A program made the position numbers and the translations under genes. From Dicyema japonicum (taxonomy: Eukaryota; Animalia; Dicyemida), in contig RDEW01000010.1 of the NCBI GenBank assembly GCA_011109175.1, positions 789,837 through 853,836 on the forward strand: DNA of 64,000 bases, read 5' to 3'. Under the pieces are notes generated by a model. It had not been told where the DNA came from. It did no database searches and worked only from the letters and a program-made list of their open reading frames with translations. This document shows, in pieces, positions 1-13,400 of this stretch (position 1 is the stretch's first letter; every line of letters starts with the position of its first letter).

Positions 1-570
1 GTGATTTTAACTTAAATTTTCATGATTTAAATAAATTATAATTTTAATATATAAAAATTAATTTTTATAAACTCAAAATTGATTCAAATTTATAATCTTA
101 CAAATCTATTAAAATAAATAAAATAAAATCTTACAAATCTGAAAACCTTGTATCAGCTTTTGCCTTTCCATTTTTTTTCCTGTCATACCGTTTCCGATTC
201 CGTAATTAAGAAGAAATAATTAACGGCAAACACTTTATTGATAATAGTTAAACAATCAATTCGAGGACCATACGGGAACCGCAAATACCCTCATAGGATT
301 TTTACGGAAGTTGGCTCAAACAGGCATCTTACTATCAAAGATCCGATGTCATGTTGGAATGAAACCGATTTTGGTTATAACATTTTTTTAAAAGGTTTTG
401 GGTCTCATTGGACCGATCTGAGTAAGAGGCTGTCAGAATAAAGTTGGAAATAGAGAAACTTCAACACAAGAGGTGTTCCATGGTATTTCTCACCCTTCTA
501 CGGGAAAAAGACTCGTCGGGCCTTCTGTTTGTACTGTCGAGTTCAAGGAGTTCAAGTTGTACTGGACTAT

Positions 571-1635
571 TATCTTTATTTAACAAACAATAAAAAAGTT
601 AATATATTTATTAATCAACTACCTTCCTCGCCTGCCTGTTCGACAGCCTCCTCAGGCAGGTTCGATTCTGGTTGCTGAAACAACTCCGAGAGCGCATTGT
701 CAAATTGAACCCTCTGCCCATATGGCATCTCAGGGCTCTGCCTCCTATACTCCAGTGTCAGACTCTCTAGGGTCCGCTTTAATACAGTGGACTGTAGATA
801 GGCCTAGAGCTTCCTATCTACCCCCAACTGCTTCAGATAACCCTTGTGGTACTTTGTTGCAATTCCTTCCCACGTCATTACTATAGGAATAACGAGGACC
901 TTGCAACCAAGCATCTGCCCCATCTCGTTTGCAAGAAAGTCATACTTCCTTTTTTTCTCCACCTCCACAGTCTGCAAACGGTCTTGAGACGTGATGCCAA
1001 CCTCTATGATAAGGACTTGGCCAGACTCCTTATCGTGTACCACAATGTCCGGTTTATTGTGCTTGACTAGCACCGAGGTACGGATAACACTGTCTACCTT
1101 AATTTGGACCCTGGTGTTCTCTACTACAGATTGCACCTTATGAGTCCGCAACTTTCTGGTGTGGCGAATACCATACTTATTGCATAGTAGAAGATGAAGA
1201 CTCCTTACTACCTCGTTATGCCTCCACACATAGTCGTGGCAGAGCATGGATCCACATCGAGTGGCTAAATGATCAACCGACATGCTCCTTGACTTACAGT
1301 GGGGACATGTATTTGTTGATCGACCCCAAAAAATATTGCGGTCTTGCATATACGTGTACAGCGCCTCCGATCGAGGTGAGTTGTCACCGTATTTTAGCCA
1401 TATTGTCGACGACTTAAGGTCGACATGTGGGTTGTCCAATGCTCTAAAGAGGACTTTATGAAGGTTTTTTAAGTTGATCTTTTCCATCAAATTATTATAT
1501 TGTAATTCGATCAACGCCTTCACATTTACTAGCCCACCATCATGAACACCATACTTAGCAGACAAAAAAGGTTTGATAGTGCCTAGGTGGGTTGCCCGTG
1601 TTTTCTCGGTCGTTATTATGGCGTGCTTCCTAGCA
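571..1635 (-). mobile_element. 3' fragment of an R4/NeSL-like non-LTR retrotransposon (restriction-like endonuclease region)
   Basis: ORF 804-1565 has a CxxC...HxxxxC knuckle (CPHCK..DHLATRC), RHNEVV and PDIVVHDK...EVGIT (PD-(D/E)xK RLE). A near-identical copy lies at about 37870-38887. Confidence 0.85.
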
Positions 1636-1715
1636 GTAATAATATTAATTAAAATTTTTAATTAGCGAAAAAAATCAAAATATTAAAAAAAAATTTAATT
1701 ATAACTTTTATTGTG

Positions 1716-2151
1716 ATGTCTGATGATCCGTCGCAAAATGATGACCCTTTTAAGAATCTACGAAGAAAAGTCTTGTTTAATTTCAATGGTAGAACCCAGA
1801 ATTAGAAAAACGGTTGATTGAACTCAAAAAACGCCAGTTTTCCCGCGAATACAATAAAATGACCTCAAATGTTTCCTCACGTGGGTGAAAACTCAAACAG
1901 TTGCTAAAGAAGGTAAATCATATTAAATATGGAAGTGAGAGTGGTTGAAAAGAGTTTAATGTCACTGTTTAATTTTATAACGACTGTTGTATGTGCTTTT
2001 GTCTTCGGCTTCTTCGCTGCTCATTTGCTGTTTGGGAAGACTGACTTATTATCAGTTTGTTATGTGTTTACCTTAGAAAATGTTTGTAGGATTGATTTTT
2101 GCTTCTGCCGTCTTTATTGCTGACATTTACTTTATTATTAAGTCACAATAA
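1716..2151 (+). CDS. TMEM199: V-ATPase assembly factor TMEM199/Vma12, N-terminally short, 5 exons
   Basis: Removing four GT-AG introns (23, 20, 23, 22 nt) gives MSDDPSQNDDPFKNLRRK-NPELEKRLIELKKRQFSREYNKMTSNVSS-LAKE-VRVVEKSLMSLFNFITTVVCAFVFG...FIADIYFIIKSQ*. This matches the recalled TMEM199 pattern RNPEL..RL..IK......EY..IT.NV...VR.....TIFNFIVTVV plus two TM helices. Confidence 0.85.
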
Positions 2152-2898
2152 ATATTTTTATTTTTTAACGATTTACTCTGAAGATTCCTTTCTTATCATT
2201 TGTCCCTTCGTTCGATTACCATTGGCGATTCAACTGTCTTAGGAGACGCCCAATAGGAAAAACGGATCTACCCACTTCACGGGATCATTCCTTGGAAAGG
2301 TTCCAACAATTATAATCGTTTTTCTTCCCCAACTTTACTGGATCATTCACCGGAAGTGTTCCCATAACTATTATTCTGGTGGGTTTGTATTTGGGAGGTT
2401 TTATCATGAATGCGACCATGGGATCTGAATACACATAATTATTTGTGCATTTGTGGTTAATAAAATTAATTTGTAATTTCCCCTGCCATATTGATTAGGT
2501 ACAATTAATCGTTAAAATAATTGAAGGCGAAAGTGTAGAAAACAGAAATATGGGTTCGTTTCCCACACTGCTACTTACGTGGTTGAAGGATTTCCTTTCT
2601 GCTCTTTGCCTATTTCTATTCCTAGATGCGCCAGTGTATTCAGTTAACTCAGGAGACGCCCAATTCCTGCCCGGCATCCAAAATGATCCCCTTCTTTTCG
2701 ACTCCACTGGAGGAATGCATACAATGATAGATGATTAGAAGGGATACGTCCCACTCTGACCGAGGAAATTGGATAATTTTTATTTTTGGTATATTCATGG
2801 TTATTAAAAAAATAAAATAATTAAAATCTAAATATTTTTCTAAATAAATAAAATTCGAGGTTTGAATCGTTTCCATAGAATTTCGATATCATTATTGA

Positions 2899-4960
2899 AT
2901 GGAAACAACATGTAATGGCCTAACATTCTCCTCAAGGATGACTTCTGGCAATCTTAAACATGTCGAATCGGTCCCTGATTCAACAGACCATACTTACACA
3001 TACCGGCTTTGGTTAAATAAGGACTGTGAGAATACGCCCTTCCAAACCTCTAATTGCACGTGGTTTTACTTCTCTGTTAGTGGATATTCTCCTGGATCGA
3101 CTATTTGTTTGCAAATCGTCAACATGCAAAACCAATCTAAGCTTTTTCGTTTTGGACACGTGCCATTAAGTCGCACTATTCCTTCCAAAGATAGTTGGGA
3201 GCGGATAAAGGAAAACGTAGAATTCAAAGTTCAATCATGATTATAATTTTAAGCAATGCGAAGAAGGATATTCCCTCACATTTTGCCACGTGTTTCCTTG
3301 TGAAGAAAACACAACCACTGAATTTGCCTTTACTTATCCGTGGACTTTCGAGGAAGAACAAAAGTTTTTGGCAGAATTGGACAAAAATTACTCCCGAAAG
3401 CTCTCAATTAGCAAAGAGTATTTGTCTTAAATCAAAATAGTATATACTATCACAGAGAAGTACTCTGCTATTCTATTGGTGGTAAACCCGTCGACCTGAT
3501 AACGGTCACATCACCCAATGGGACGAAAAATGAGAAAGAAAAGAGATTTGATTGGCGCTTATTTCCAGAAGGCCATAATTGTAGGGCATTTAATAAAAGA
3601 GTTAGAATTTGGAATAATATATGTTTAGGTTGTATTACTAACTGCACGTGTTCACCCAGGAGAGACTCCGTCGAGTTTTGTATTGATAGGGTTGTTAAAG
3701 TTCCTCCTTCAACGGAAAGAGCCGAGAGCCTGTCGATTGAGACGAGAATTTGTGTTTAAAATAATCCAATGTTGAATCCAGACGGAGTAATTGCAGGCAA
3801 TTACAGAATGGACTGTTTGGGAGTTAATTTGAACAGATTTTACGACTTACCCGACCCTCTTATACATCCGTCAATATATGCAGTCAAAAGTCTGGCAATC
3901 TACCACCACGTTGCTAATTCGGGAATTTCGAATGGATGCAATCTACTAGAGAAAATATTTGGCTGTAAAACTGAGGACGATTTTTTCGGCACAAGCGAAC
4001 ATTTAAACAATCCAAATTTACTATCAATATCCTCCAACAACAGTGGTATCGCCTTTTACATTGATTTCCACGGGCATGTTTCAAAACGTGGTTGTTTTAT
4101 ATACGGAAATCACTTTAAGGAGGAAAAAGCTCAAGTATAATTCGTAAAATAGTTAGATTGACAATATTCTACTTGCCAAGCTAATCTCACTCAACTGTAG
4201 GCATTTTGATCTAGAAAGTTGTAATTTTTCAGAACGGATGATGAACTGCACGGACGGACGAGGACAGTCAAGAGAAGGTAGTGCACGTGTGAGCATACAT
4301 AAGGCAATAGGGATAATAAACAGGTTATTATCTGAAAGCAATTTAGTTATACTTTCGAGTGCAATATAATACAAATCGAATTGTAAACGATGTTCCGAGT
4401 CTCAACATTGATGAACCAACTATTTACACGCAAAAGTTCACTAAACAGGATTTCTACCAAATTGGAAAGGACGTGGCGGTCTCGTTGCTTGATTACTGCG
4501 GGGCTAACCCAAATTCACGACTGCCGATTTCCCAATTCAAAAATATCTCTGGAGTCAGACTTTGGGCTTCAAAATTTATTCAATCTCAACGGAGAAAGTT
4601 AAAAAACGGAAAATCAAAAAACTTGAACTTGAAAGACGAAAGTCAGGAAAAGTCAGAAACTACCAAAATTTCAGACACGGATTTTGGAGATTTAAAAATA
4701 AACCTGGAAAATAAGCAAAACACAGGCAAACGAATATTTCCGAAAATATCTATGGTTTTTTGTTAAATTTATTTTTTGAACAAAAAATCAAACTGTGAAC
4801 GGGATCACATTCAGCTTCCGATTGCGACTGTTTGGCCTTTCAAAAAGTACTAATATTTTTGTTATCATAGGCCACTCTCCTGCAAGAAAAGAAAACAAAA
4901 AAGTAGTCTTATTCTCTTAGTTGCATAGATTGGTTGAAAGATAAGAATGACGATAAGTAA
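2899..4960 (+). CDS. AGBL5: Cytosolic carboxypeptidase 5-like (tubulin deglutamylase, M14D)
   Basis: Motifs [85 protein letters not shown]. Tiny introns. One apparent 1-bp homopolymer deletion near 3765. 3' end uncertain. Confidence 0.85.
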
Positions 4961-6534
4961 GGATTTTAATAATGCTTAGCCTCAGTTCCACCAAAACAAT
5001 TAACGTTAATGCGACAAAAATTGTATTTTATTATTTAGTTAGAAACTGTCCGGAATAGCATATTTTGTTAAAATATGACTACTTTTGATAAAATTATTTT
5101 GTTTGTTTTTAGTCATCAATGGTAGTGAACTTGAGAATTAAAGTGTAAAGAATTAATAATAGGATTTGAGGTTTATATTTATGTGACAATGATTGGTAAA
5201 ATTGTCAATACAATGATATAAAGCTACTACAGTGCCTGGTCGATTAATGGAGTGAACTTTAAAAAAGCTTTCTGAATTGATTTTAAAAGTTAGAATTTTG
5301 TTAATGTTCTAAAAGTTATTGGGATTATAATTTTCCCATTTTTGAATAGAAAATATTTCGCTTCGATGTAGCGTGAGTCAACTCATTTACTGCTTCATGT
5401 TTTGCATTTCCCGCTTATTCTGACTGCCAAAATGTCGAATCTTCCGAACGAAGTACTCAGCCCTCAAAGATCGGTCTTTTTTGTCTCAGTCGCCTTCGAA
5501 ACCTTTTGAAAATTAATTTTTTAAAAGTTATCGATAAAATTGAGAATGCAATCGCAACGTGATTCAGAGATTCCCGTGAAGGGAGATATTTCTTTACAAT
5601 AATTATCAACAGGAATCAAAAATATCATTTGTTCTGCTTCGTTGGATTATCCTTGGAAGAGTTCTCAAATATTCATAATTTTTTTCAGCGACCATGGAAG
5701 TGGGTGCGCATAATTAGTTATTACCTTACCTAAGGTACTTAATCATGCTCAAACCACAAAAGACAGTTGTCGTGGACAATGATCATTCTCAGGGACAGTG
5801 AAAAATATCTTCATTAGAGAGGGTCTTTGAATGATGTCACAATCCCATTTCTGATTTCGTTGTCCACTCCTTTACTTATTCTCTTATACACTTCAGGGAT
5901 TTCGAAGATTGTTGGGACAAACGGAAACATTCTCAAGAAGCGAGTATTTCTTTAGTTTCATTCTTTCCATATTTGTCGGCATTTGAGCGTCCGAATGAGC
6001 CGTTAGTTCAATATATGAGATAATGAATGGGTTATCCCATTATATCTCTTCCCGCTTCCACGATGAAAATTTGATGACCAAATAAAAGAAAAGCACACAG
6101 TTGACTCCAGACTACATTTGATAATCTCATTATGGGAACTTCCAGGCGTTCCTTCTAAAAGAAATCGGATGAATCCCTTCCAACCAACATTCGCCCTACA
6201 ACGACATATGTTAAGTTCGTAGACGTCAATCCGAAAATGCAAGTAAGCACCAATGCAGAGGCTCTTGTTAAACAAATTCCAAAACGCTGGAGGAGTTCGA
6301 CGTTGAGCTAACATTCGCTGTCTTTAATGCACGTCAAACGAAGACGAGGAAAGATATGGTGGTAGTTGCCTTTCTTCAGTTTGATGCAGGAATACTTAAG
6401 GATTACCTCTTCCTCTTTCATCCTAACCTCATTTAGAGCCAGTCACAATTAGAAGGAATTAGAATCTCTACCAGGGTTGTTATTTATTTTATTTATTTTT
6501 TTGAAATTTTGATTTTTTAATAAAATAATAAGGA

Positions 6535-9420
6535 CAAAACATTAGTTAGGTGCCGCCCTCACTGCGTGGCTGCTCCCTCTCAGAATTGCGAGCGAAATTT
6601 GCTCAAACAGCCAGCGGCGTTCGCGGAGATCTTCAGTGCATGAGGTGATTCGGTTTCCAATACGTCCGAAAAACTCTAGTGTAGAGAGGGAGTAGGATCC
6701 TGAAGTCTCCATAGCAAGGGAACAAATTGGACATCTTTGGGAAGGTCGCCGTATTTTTCGAGTTTGGCCTTCTCCGCCTTGACAGCTGCAGAGCAGACTC
6801 TTGAAGCGCACTCGTGAAGATTGTTCGGAGCGAACGTATCTGTACATGCCACGTCCCAAACAAGTAGTTTCCCGGCCTCAAAGGAAACATGGTCATCCGT
6901 CCGGTCGTTTCTCCTCACCTCTGCACAACCTGACCGGTTCAAGAATGGCCGAGTAACCAGCAGCATCCATAGCCCGCTTGACAATCTCATTCAGAGCCTT
7001 GTGCCTTGGAGATCTGCCAGCGCTTTTCTTGCAGGCGAGAGGGTGCAGGCCATAGCAGTCTATCAGGACACCACATCGGCACGGGTGAGGTACACATACT
7101 TTCAGTCCCAGCCGCAGAGATACCACTTCTAACGCATTCATTATCCAGAAAAGTGCCCAGAGCTCCATTGGGATGGCGTTTAGCCAAGCTCCGCTCTCAG
7201 GGGAAGCCCCCGAAAGCAAACAAGCGCGTCGGTGCTGATTGGCCGATTCCAGTAGGACCAAATGATTTCCAGCACAATAAATTGTCCAGGTTTCGCTGGC
7301 AGTCTTGTGAAGGAGGCAGGGGAGGTTGGTGGCATTCCAGGCTTCTCGTGCGTGGATTATGTCTTGGTCAATTGAGAATTCGGGTAGGGAGTGTAGAATT
7401 TTCCTGACCAAAGGTTCGCAGGCCGTGAGTGAAGACAGATGTGCAGGAAGTGAGACGTCCAAAGTACGACGGATTCCAAGACCCCCAAATCTAACTGGGA
7501 GTGTAGTTTGCTTCCATCTAGCATCGTCGAATTTGACATTAAATATTTGCTCCGTCGAGCTGAGGAAAGACAAATCAAAATGCTCAAGCTGCTCCAGTTG
7601 GGAATAGACGGGGCTGTCCTGAGTAAATAGGCGATTCTCTGAATGTTAAGACTTCTTTTCATGAGGAATAGTGCTGATGTGAGTCAAAAGCTGTAATCTG
7701 TCCAGCGATTTGCATAGGAGTTGTTTTTTGTCAAGGAGGACATGCTTCATCGCATTCCTAGTGATCGGAGATCCAAGAAAAATCACTTCGTTTCCAAGGG
7801 TCGAAATCCCACCAGGAAACAAGGAGAAAAATTATTGAACAATTGAAGAGAAGTCATCGTCAGCAAGACCACAGTTTGTTATTTCATTTCGTTGTATTCA
7901 ATTCAAGACCCACCTTGGACAACGCAGGATGAGTACTTCCAACTCCTGGAAGACCATTCCGGGGGACCTCCTAAGACAGTGTCATCGAAGTACCAGATGT
8001 TGAGTGGGCATCGAGAGAGCTTCGTATCCTCTAAATTCCGAGGGAGAACAGCAGTGGTCCGAGGGGTCGCCCTGTTGAACACCCGAGGACGATGGAACCA
8101 TGAAATCCCCGTGCAATGTGATGAGGCTTTCCGTATGAATAATTGACCAGTTCAAATATGTATGGACATCTTTCTTGCAGGCCTCCAGAATGCAGTCTCT
8201 TCTTAAACTGTTAAAAGCGTTCTTGATGTCCAGTTTACCATAATGTGCCTTTTAAAGTCTTGAATGCTGCGTTCCTGAATCTCTGACGGAGTGAACGGCT
8301 GCCTCACATCCAAGACGAACTCCGACTTTGACTGGGAAGTAAGGATTTTGACAAGATTGACGTAGAAAATCTGGAAGCAATCTTGGCCTGCGAATCGACG
8401 GATCACCATCCCTTCTTGTCGACTGCAATCAGACTAGCCGAAAACAAGATATGTCGTATCAAATCAGGCAAGTGTCCAGATATTATCCTGTTCATAAGAG
8501 AAGTGAGTGAGGAGAGACGACAATGCTTGGTCTCCAATAGTTAGTGAAATAAGGTCTTTAAGATGGCTGGGCTTTAAGCCATTGAGACCTCCATTGCTGC
8601 TTAGTGCAAAGTTCTATAACGCCGTGATGGCATTCTCAGGCGACGTGGATAAAGGGGTCACTTTTGATGAGGGTGAACAGTGGCGTAGGTCATTCGGAGA
8701 GGGTGGATGCTTCTCCAATAGAATCTTGTAAGTATCAGCGGTTGGATTGTGTGGTCCGCCTGAGAGTGAGAGGGCCTTCAATGCGGATCGGGTTCTTCTT
8801 TCAAGCAACTTCGATCGTACAGTCTTCTTAGGCGAAAAATCTCCGTTTCCCGAGTTGAACTCCGACTCGAGCGGATGCAAAAGGACGGGAGGTCCGTAAA
8901 ATGAGTTCCATCCATAAATGGCGGATGTTATTCTTCATTTCAATCGAGAGAGACTGTTTCCCATTGCGATCTCGGGGGAGCCAAGTGCGAAAGGAGCAAA
9001 ATTAAACAAACGTACCCATTCGTTTATAGAGTCGGAGTGGAGAGCATCGTCGATTGCTTTGGTTAAGCCTTCGGCAGCTAGGGAGCGTGCTGCTTTTGGG
9101 ATCTTCACAGGGATACTCCTCGATGAACGGCGTTCATTGATAAGTTTGAGCAGCGAATCTGGATCCAATTTGGGAAAGGTCTTCTCCGGAAGTGTATGCA
9201 CTCGCGTGACCATTAGGAAACCCCCAGCCAATTCCAAAGCACGAACGACAGTGCCAAATCCCAAAGGCGCGGATAGAGGCCTGAGAGAGCTTCAAACATC
9301 CGAGGTGAAAGAAGCCTCCACAGACAGAACAAGAAATTCAGAACTTCCTGAAATTGCTCATGTTGCAGATAGAGCAATTGAACGATGACTTTTCGAGTAA
9401 CATTCCACTGAATCAACAAT
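6535..9420 (-). mobile_element. CRE-clade non-LTR retrotransposon (RT plus RLE), frameshifted
   Basis: Fragments GLSGLKPSHLKDL, GDP/WYFDD (RT), LPVRFGGLGIR, SGAWLNAIP, CRCG...HPLAC...RH..LN, KRPDG, LVWDVACTDT and LAILRGSSHAV across ORFs 6542-9419. Confidence 0.85.
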
Positions 9421-9519
9421 AGGTGACAGTCAAGAATAGGAGGAAAATCTCAATAGACGAAAATCAACACAACACGACAATATAACAATTTTTCAAAACA
9501 ACGAGAAAGAGGATAAATG

Positions 9520-9910
9520 TTATCATCTAATTAAGTGATCCAGGTGTCCATACCAGTCCTTTCCCTGCAGTTAGTTTTGGAGTCCTGGATTAATCTCTAC
9601 AGCGGGGAAGGCTTCTTCTCATATCTCGGGCAGGCGTCCATATATAATTTGATGTGCGGTCCGAGGGGATGGTCAGGGGACTTTTCCATCTTGAGAAAGT
9701 CCCGGTGACGTTTTGTAAGGGATTCCATGACTCCAAGAATTGAAAGGGTCTTCTTAATGGGAAGCGGGGAGTCATACAATGTTGTTCGTTGTGTTGTCCG
9801 TAATTCTTTTCGCGTTGAGGTAAACGTCATTACATGTGACTTTCCTGGTGATATATTCAGACGGTTCTTCAGGAACCAAAGACCCATCTAGTTTAGAAGG
9901 TCTTGCACAA
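9520..9910 (-). mobile_element. Ingi/Vingi/I-like LINE, RT C-terminal fragment with 3' end
   Basis: WFLKNRLNISPGKSHVMTFT...LPIKKTLSILGV. Ends in the agtgatcc motif seen in other LINE 3' ends here. Confidence 0.6.
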
Positions 9911-10048
9911 ATCGTGTCGCCTCCTCGATTCACCAGGGTTGTTAGGGTAGTTCCAGAGTGAATAAAATCATTATTAAATTTGCTAAGCATATTACCAATT
10001 ATCAAATTATTAATAAATATTATAATAATTTTAGTAATGTCAAAATAT

Positions 10049-11893
10049 CTAATTTTCAGGATTTAATGTCACCGTAAAACCCACCTCAACTAAAAAACTT
10101 AGAAAACCTCAAGTTTTTCAATTTCATTAACTGTGGACAGCTTTTCTTTGTTTTGATTTCTTTTTTTGTTGTCTTCCCCTTTAACATTCTTCTTGCCTTT
10201 GTTTGACCTTTTCTGAAAATATTTAAAACAAAAACTTCCAAATCGACCAGATCAGGTAAGCACTTAAAGTCAAATTGTAGTTTCGACTGCATGACATTGG
10301 CTAGAGGTACTTCAAATCGAGCCAAATTATTTCTCTCCACAAAATCAACAGCATAGCCACTGCCTTTCTTTTTAGATTCCTGCATATAATGAGGACAAGA
10401 CCTTCTTTTTTCCTCGGACTGGAGAAGGAGGCTTATTCTTGGGTTTCAATGAACTCTCAGAGACTTCATCTTTCAATTTATATGTGGTCTTAAATTACAT
10501 TAAAAAATAATTAATAAAAGTATATCAATTTTAATAATTACTTTTTCCTCAATGATGAATAAATTGGCGGGGGTTTTTTTTAAAAACATTAAAAATGTGT
10601 TCAGTGGCTGTTCCAGTAATATTCATCTGCCATTTCAAATCGATGGTTGAGGACCAATTTTGAATTTTATTTGAATAAACAGCAAAATTATCATCATTAA
10701 AATTAATTTTAATATCTAAAATAATGATTTATTTTTAAATTATGTATTTAAATCAAATAATAAAAAATTCAAATCACCCTTTTCATTTTCTTGTGGTTCT
10801 TCGTTTACATTCTTAAATTTATTAATTTGAAAGTACCGGGTTCCTTTCAAATTTATTTAAATCATCTGAATTAAAGCAAAATGCTGCTAAATAAGAAAAG
10901 GTCTGGTGTATGTTGGGATCTGACTTGGGAGAGGGAACTCCTTTTATTTGGTTCAACGTTATACTCAATTCAAACCGGTCGTCAACTAGAATATATATTA
11001 ATATTACTTATTTTATTTTTTATACTTTCTTTACATATATTTTTTAACTCCGTCGTTATTATTTCATCGTCAAAATAAATTAAATCCAAAGAACCCACCA
11101 CATACGTTTTGTAGTCCCGTCCGATCTATTTTTAAATATTAACGTTCACTGCGAGCGGATTGTTGTTGAGAGTCAAATTTTTCAGCCTGGGTAGCTTAGA
11201 TAGCGCCTCAACTACACCTGATAGTCCTGTTAGCAAATTGTTGCTTAAATCCAAACTCATTAAGCATTTCCTATAGATTTTTATTTTATTTACCATAAAT
11301 TTGGTAGTTTTAAAAAATTCAATTCAGTAATTTTATTAAACCCTATTCCCACGTGTTCTAGTTCACTGGGAGTTGTGTCATTTTTGTTAATTTTCGATAT
11401 TATGTTACCACAGAGTTCTAAATTCTTGGATTTTAAATTTTAATAAACTTTTAACTTTTTCGGTAATTTATCCAAATCCACGTGTTCCAAGAAATTCCCG
11501 GTCAATGTGAGTTCTGTGAGTTTTGCGTATTCCACTATTTTGTCGTCCAATGTGTTAATCTGACGATGAGAGATATTTTACTTTTTTATTCCATAAAAAT
11601 AAAGTCTTAAATTCATTTTTAATATTTTTTGAAATTTTAAATTGGTTTTCTGTGGACGACTGCAACGCCTTTGCTCTGATTTTCGAAATCTCGTGACTCC
11701 ACTCGTTGGACTGAAACCAAGGGGAATTCTCTGATGTAATGAGTTCTTGTTGGAATGTGAAATCGTCATAATTTACTTTGAACTCATTTTAATTATTACT
11801 TTCATTATTCTCTTTCCCTTTAAAATTACAGGGAAACTCATCGAGATTTAGTTTCTCTATTAAACTCTCAATTACTGACGTTGCGGTTGTCAT
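10049..11893 (-). CDS. LRRC43: Leucine-rich repeat protein 43 homologue (cilium-associated)
   Basis: Spliced: MTTATSVIESLIEKLNLDEFPC...SENSPW...LTELTLTGNFLEHVDLDKLPKKLK-NLELCGNII...LEHVGIGFNKI...W-KCLMSLDLSNNLL...LKNLTLNNNPLA...IIEEK...LEVGFTVTLN. Colinear with recalled LRRC43 motifs (LCLREFPCG, LEELVLSANRI, LELYGNEI, LQHLGLGHN, IVEEK). Confidence 0.8.
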
Positions 11894-13084
11894 GGATATG
11901 ATTATTAATTTAAATTATTTTATTAAAAACAGTGGTGAATAAAATCGGCAGCATAACTATTTTGTAAATACTAGAATAAGCGCTATCTACAGCCGACGTA
12001 GTCTGGCGCGATTGTGTTTGCCAAAAGAGTCTCTTTCGTGGAAGGCCAAAAATAATTCTGCTGATAATCCTATAAGTTGACCTAAAAAAGTGGAAAGAGT
12101 TGAAATCCGCAGATGACCTGAACTCATCGAGGTTCGTGGAATAGATTGTGCCTAGAATTGTCTATTTTGCTGCACATTGGGGTTATATGTAGTTTGGTTT
12201 TTGTATAATTGTTTGTAATGGTGAACACAATGAGTGATTGATATTAAATGCAAATACGTCTAACTGATTGAAAGCTTCATAGATTTTACTATCCAACTTT
12301 TTCCTATCAGATAGAAGAATATTTTCAAAATTATTCAAAACGACAACGGGGACCCCACGAGGGGAACCTCTATCTCCCATATTAATTGAAATATATCTGG
12401 AATCGACACTCAGAAGATTGAAGCCTCGTATGAAGATAGACTCTGTAGCTTATTCATACGATGTAGACTTTGTCCCGGAAGATGAGGAAGCCCTCATCCA
12501 ATTAATGAAAATGATACTGGAAAAACTGCGGTCAATGTGAAAAAATGAAGGTGACTGAATTCAAAATGCGAGAATCAAGGACTAGCGAAATCTGGCGCAA
12601 GAACCAAGAAATTAAGCATCCTCCTAAGAAACTAGGAAGACATTGCGAGGAGAAAGACGATTGCAAATGAAGCATTTCAAAAACTTAAGAAAACCTGGTT
12701 TCTACACAAGGGGTTAGATACAAACAAACGAGGCTACACCTATACGACGCGTTGGTGAAACCTATGATACAATGTTAGAGCATGGTCCTGCTCAGAGGCC
12801 GATTTAAAGAAGTTGGACTCTCCACCGAAATGAATTGGAGAAAACGATACCGTTCCGAGAAAAGTCGTACCTAAGTTTCAAGCTTCCTATTTTACAGCGT
12901 ACTACAAGAATGTTTTATTTAACTTATTCCTGACCTTATTTTTGGTTACTATGATTCTGACATAGCGGATGATATACATCTTCCACCTAGGAACTTTTTA
13001 ATCGATATTATATATAAGAAACTGCATAATAATAGAATTGTATAAACTCTTATGATTTACGGAAAACACACAAATTTTGTGTTT

Positions 13085-13400
13085 CATTATTCATTTAAAA
13101 TCCCAAGACCACGGTAAAACCAAACTAATTATTACTTAATCCCGATGCATTCTAACAGAGACCTCATCTTTGCCCAGTATTCTTTCCTCGTGCCCGCGCA
13201 TGAACGTACAGGACGACTGACTGAATTTTCAGGGCCATACTTCCCGTAATCTGGGTTCTAGTCTCATAAGGGTCTCTAGAGGCGTAGGTCCGGTTCGGTG
13301 ATCTTCAAAATCCAACGCTCAGTTACTCTGTAAGCCCTCTTTTGCATTTCCTCATATTTGTCCAAGATATGGACGGTCCCATTATGTAGCATCATTTATT
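13085..13400 (-). mobile_element. 3' fragment of the Ingi/Vingi-like LINE
   Basis: Shares the aagatgaggtc...ccgtggtc terminal block with 18070-18592, 22030-22260 and 30230-30550. Confidence 0.55.

Noticed and set aside
8918-9388. Plus-strand ORFs over the CRE element (also 7006-7407 and 62885-63193)
   Set aside because: These are antisense shadow ORFs of GC-richer retrotransposon coding sequence.
11960-12200. Gypsy integrase relic (GRPKII..DN)
   Set aside because: A single short motif amid stops, too weak to annotate.
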